Shown here: positions 60,650-64,000 of the stretch, in pieces
How positions within the stretch are numbered: position 1 is the first letter of the stretch
Layout: each line of letters starts with the position of its first letter
The notes under the pieces: model-generated
What the model was told of the DNA's origin: nothing
What the model saw: the letters and a program-made list of their open reading frames with translations, nothing else
Database searches by the model: none
DNA from: Eukaryota sp. TZLM1-RC
Taxonomy: Eukaryota > Protista > Metamonada: BaSk clade
Length of the DNA: 64,000 nt
Assembly (NCBI GenBank): GCA_040285825.1
Contig: JAUPSS010000004.1
Coordinates: 1,654,550 to 1,718,549, forward strand
Direction of reading: 5' to 3'
Made by a program: the position numbers and the translations under genes

Positions 60650-60731
60650 GCGGTCGTCGTCTAGTGGTTATGACGTTGCTTTGCTAAGGCAATGGGCTTT
60701 GCCCGCGTGAGTTCGAATCTCACCGATCGCG
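60650..60731 (+). tRNA. tRNA-Ser (anticodon GCT)
   Basis: Acceptor stem GCGGTCG/CGATCGC plus G73, anticodon loop TTGCTAA, long variable arm GGGC-TTT-GCCC and T-arm GTGAG-TTCGAAT-CTCAC. Followed by a TTTTT Pol III terminator. Confidence 0.95.
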
Positions 60732-61017
60732 TTTTTGTTGAGCAGCACGGGGAGAGAGGCAAAAAAAGGATAAAGATTGTTTATCTGTACATCTTCAATG
60801 TTCAAGGACAAGAGTTCTCGATATTGTTTCCACAGATTTGAACCAATAAAAGCAATAACTATAGTGATAATAATACTACGTTTTTGAAGACATACATGGA
60901 GGATAAGCTATTATATTTCATTCTAAAATCAACAATTATGTGTTTTGAGGTTTGATTTGAAAGGCAGTGTGAATTTGAGAGAAAACAAATTCTTTCTCAT
61001 CTGAACAGCAAACATAA

Positions 61018-61239
61018 ATGACTGATCCAGCTAGCTCCTTCTTAGATCATCTTTTAAAGCATGAAGTACTTGTTCGTCTTACAACAGGCGATGAGATCAG
61101 AGGAGTCCTTTCCACGATTGACTCTGCCTCCAACGTGTATCTTCAGAAGTGCTCCGAATATAGCAATGGTGACCTCGTTCAAACATACGAAGATGTTTTG
61201 GTAAGAGGAATCAACGTTCAATTCATTTCCCTGCCGTGA
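61018..61239 (+). CDS. LSM6: Sm-like protein, LSm6-like
   Basis: SSFL..L..EVLVRLTTG.EIRGVLSTID..NVYL..EYSNG..YEDVLVRGINVQFIS. Confidence 0.75.
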   Translation: MTDPASSFLDHLLKHEVLVRLTTGDEIRGVLSTIDSASNVYLQKCSEYSNGDLVQTYEDVLVRGINVQFISLP

Positions 61240-62211
61240 AAAATCGTGGCCAACAGGATTCTCTCTGTAGCTGTTTTTTTCATGTACTTTCTTTAGCTGA
61301 CACTCATTAGATTATCAATCATTTTTTCTTCTGTTTTGATGTACATTATAAAATACTTTTCTTACTATTCAAGTTTTTTTGATATTCATTATTTTTAATA
61401 TTTGCACAGTTTTTTCAAATAAATTGTCACATACCTTTCTACAAACAATGATTCTCTCGATATTTACAACAAGTACTGATGAATTTCATCGATCACTGTG
61501 TCTTCATTTGTATCAATATATATGAAACTTGAGGAAATAAATCGCAGAAAAAGATCAAACCTATATAGGTCAAAATTACTTGCTGTTTTGTCTTCGCACC
61601 AGTGCATTGACATTTTCATCAAATTTTATACATACTTGTTCAGCCTTTCACCTGTGAAAAAGCACTACAGATCGACAAAGTGAACGGAGTGAAACTGTTC
61701 TTCTTGTTTTCAAATATGCTATTTGGAGATTGTATTGATGGAATTTAAAATTAAATTACATTTGTATCGGTCATGAATTGAAATCTTAATTCAAAGACAT
61801 ATTCCATTTTGACTAAAAATGGTCTTGATCTTCCTTATTTGGAAAACGTTTGCCTAAATTGCACATCATTTGAACTCGAATGATAAATTATACTAAAAAC
61901 ATCTAAGAATAAATGATTCTAATACAGTAAATTGGTCTCAGTGAACATGATTCGGTGCTAAAGAAGGCCTGTTCATTCACCATTAAAGTATTTACTACTC
62001 TTGAGAGAATTAATGCTAAACATAAACATAGTAAATTCAAATAGCTGTTGTTGAGAATAAGCAAACTCAACAATTACCATCAATTAAAGATGATCAAGTT
62101 ATACCAAAGTTTCGATTAGCAAGACTTTATTTAGAACAGAGCTGTGAACTGCTGTGATTCCGTCCGTGGACGATAAAACAAAAACAACTATATGATTATG
62201 ACATTATTGGA

Positions 62212-62750
62212 TTACCAGACTTCGCTATAGGCAACGGGGCGGACTTCTATGACATCAGTCACGTTGGCATCAACAATTTCTGCTGGTCTGGGGCCTTGAG
62301 GAACACGCTTCAATTGATACTTTTCTAGGATTAATGATTTATATGACAATACGTTTAGTGTCCTTTGATTGTTCAGCCAATCTAAGGTTTTCGACACATC
62401 GTTGACGGAATTCCTGAGCGGACTTCGATGGACGAATATGTTCTACACGAGCATGAATTCTCTTGCGGATGATACGGTGACGGACTCTTTTGTTTACTTC
62501 AATACCAATGGCACGGCGAGAGATGTTCCAGACACGGCCAGTCTTACCATGGTAGTCCTTGTGAGGCATACCCTTTTGGATAGCTCCATTAACCTTAATA
62601 TCAACGAGATCACCAAGGCGATATCGCTGCATATAGTTGGTAAGTGGGATTACACCATTCTTCTTGTAATCACGCTGGAACATGTAGCGAGTACCGCGTC
62701 TGACACCTTGATGTTTCGTCTGAGGTGATCATATGGATGTAGCAAACCAT
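62212..62750 (-). CDS. RPL21: 60S ribosomal protein L21e (28-nt introns 62720-62747 and 62325-62352)
   Basis: ATG, intron, then TKHQGVRRGTRYMF..VDIKVNGAIQKGMPHK.YHGKTGRV..RVEHIRPS..LKRVPQGPRPA. Confidence 0.96.
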
Positions 62751-63193
62751 TGTGGAAAGCTAAAAAAGGAGGAAAAAAGGGAAAATTACTTTCAGATCAA
62801 ATACATTATAGTAAAATGATTGTCATAAAACAACGATTATTCTATGGGATTTTGGTCTTCTCCTTTCAGCATAAGATCAGGTTTGATGTCACAATAATTT
62901 CTCCCATTGAAGACTGCTTAAGTGTTCAAACAGTGGTTTAGTGGTTGATTAGTGAAGACGAATGAGATAATACATTTATGAAGTCGCTGGTCCTGACCGA
63001 TTATGATGAAATGAAACACAATGTCATGTGGTCTCAACAATAAGGATGTGCTAAAAACAGGACACATTTCAAAGAGAACCTTTATACACATCTAAAATAC
63101 AGAGAAGTAAAGATAGTCAAAATTACACTATCTTAAACAGGAGATATTAAGAAAAGCTAATATTGCAGAAACTAAGGAATCAATCAATATTTT

Positions 63194-63514
63194 CTATGAT
63201 TCAAAGGCATCAACTTCAGCATCAAGTTCACCTTCAAAGGACTCAACTTTAGACAAAACAGATTTCAATATATCAATGTCTGATGCATAAGATTGAATAA
63301 GATTTTCGACTTCAAGCACTGTATTGGATGCTGCAGCTATATCACTTTCATGATGGGAAAGTTGAAGCGAATGAAACAAAGTGGAGAGACAATTAGTCAG
63401 TTGGAGTAATTCCTCCACTGAAACAGGTGATTGAGCTGTTGCAAAGAGAGTAGCGTCAATGCCACTCACTGTAGATAATTCATTCTCATTAAGAAGTCTG
63501 GGTTGCTTATCCAT
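63194..63514 (-). CDS. Small helical/coiled-coil hypothetical protein
   Basis: 106-aa ATG-initiated ORF, divergent from the CDF gene; family not recognised. Confidence 0.6.
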   Translation of the reverse strand: MDKQPRLLNENELSTVSGIDATLFATAQSPVSVEELLQLTNCLSTLFHSLQLSHHESDIAAASNTVLEVENLIQSYASDIDILKSVLSKVESFEGELDAEVDAFES

Positions 63515-63561
63515 TACTGAAAAGAAGAGAGGTTTGAATGCAACAAAAATCCAAATTTATA

Positions 63562-64000
63562 ATGCCCGACTTAACCCCTACAAGATCTAATTCTCGGGTC
63601 GATATTGGTGTACATGAGTCTAGTGGAGTTGTTGTAGATTTTGCTGAAATCAGCCCGGATGTTGATGAACATCTTACTGTTTCACCATCAAAACTGCTAG
63701 CGGTGCGCAAAGACGATGAGGAACTCTCCAAGATTCGTGATCCATCTATTCGCAAGTTTTACTCTCAACAAAACTGTCAAGTTGATGCCCTATTAGAGGC
63801 TCATCAGGTCACGGTCACTGACCAATCTACGCCTAATGATAACAGTGACACTGGTGGTGTCCGAACCTCCAGAGTTTCTCTTATAGCTAACATATTCCTT
63901 CTTCTTATTAAGTCTTTTGTCTTTTACGTTTCCGGCTCTTTGTCTATTTTCGCCTCAGTTTTGGACTCGTTCCTTGATTTGGTATCTGGCACGATCCTAG
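63562..64000 (+). CDS. Cation diffusion facilitator, Mn-CDF (MTP8/MTP11-like), runs off the window
   Basis: IRKFYSQQN, SLIANIFLLLIK..SGSLSIFASVLDSFLDLVSG (DxxxD in TM2). Confidence 0.88.
   Translation, partial: MPDLTPTRSNSRVDIGVHESSGVVVDFAEISPDVDEHLTVSPSKLLAVRKDDEELSKIRDPSIRKFYSQQNCQVDALLEAHQVTVTDQSTPNDNSDTGGVRTSRVSLIANIFLLLIKSFVFYVSGSLSIFASVLDSFLDLVSGTIL

Overview
AT-rich nuclear DNA of a unicellular eukaryote. Compact housekeeping genes with few, tiny (28-35 nt) GT-AG introns alternate with islands of decayed mobile DNA. Host genes: a ubiquitin-like protein, proteasome alpha3, COG3, SmF, Sec5/EXOC2, NOL9/Grc3, an LRR/coiled-coil protein, Tfb5, an NDR kinase, SAE1/Aos1, a WD40 protein, cytosolic Hsp70, U2AF65, tRNA-Ser(GCT), an LSm6-like protein, RPL21 and a Mn-CDF transporter. 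Mobile DNA: several families of RLE-type (CRE-like) non-LTR retrotransposon fragments, two near-identical MULEs, a hAT transposase with its non-autonomous derivative, a 1.3-kb LTR element with 92-bp LTRs, two PolB relics, and six Fanzor1 (eukaryotic TnpB-like) loci from at least three families. Four of the Fanzor loci keep a structured 3' non-coding region that is a candidate omegaRNA. Three observations stand out. (1) The right ends of four Fanzor copies lie 15-105 nt upstream of the ATG of a co-oriented essential gene. (2) A 45-66-nt cassette is shared by four unrelated genes, with ATTGTTATAG exactly 15 nt before the ATG; one copy directly follows a Fanzor and may be its guide. (3) All seven introns have a fixed branch-point-to-AG spacing. 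All family assignments come from motif recognition by eye; no database searches were run.
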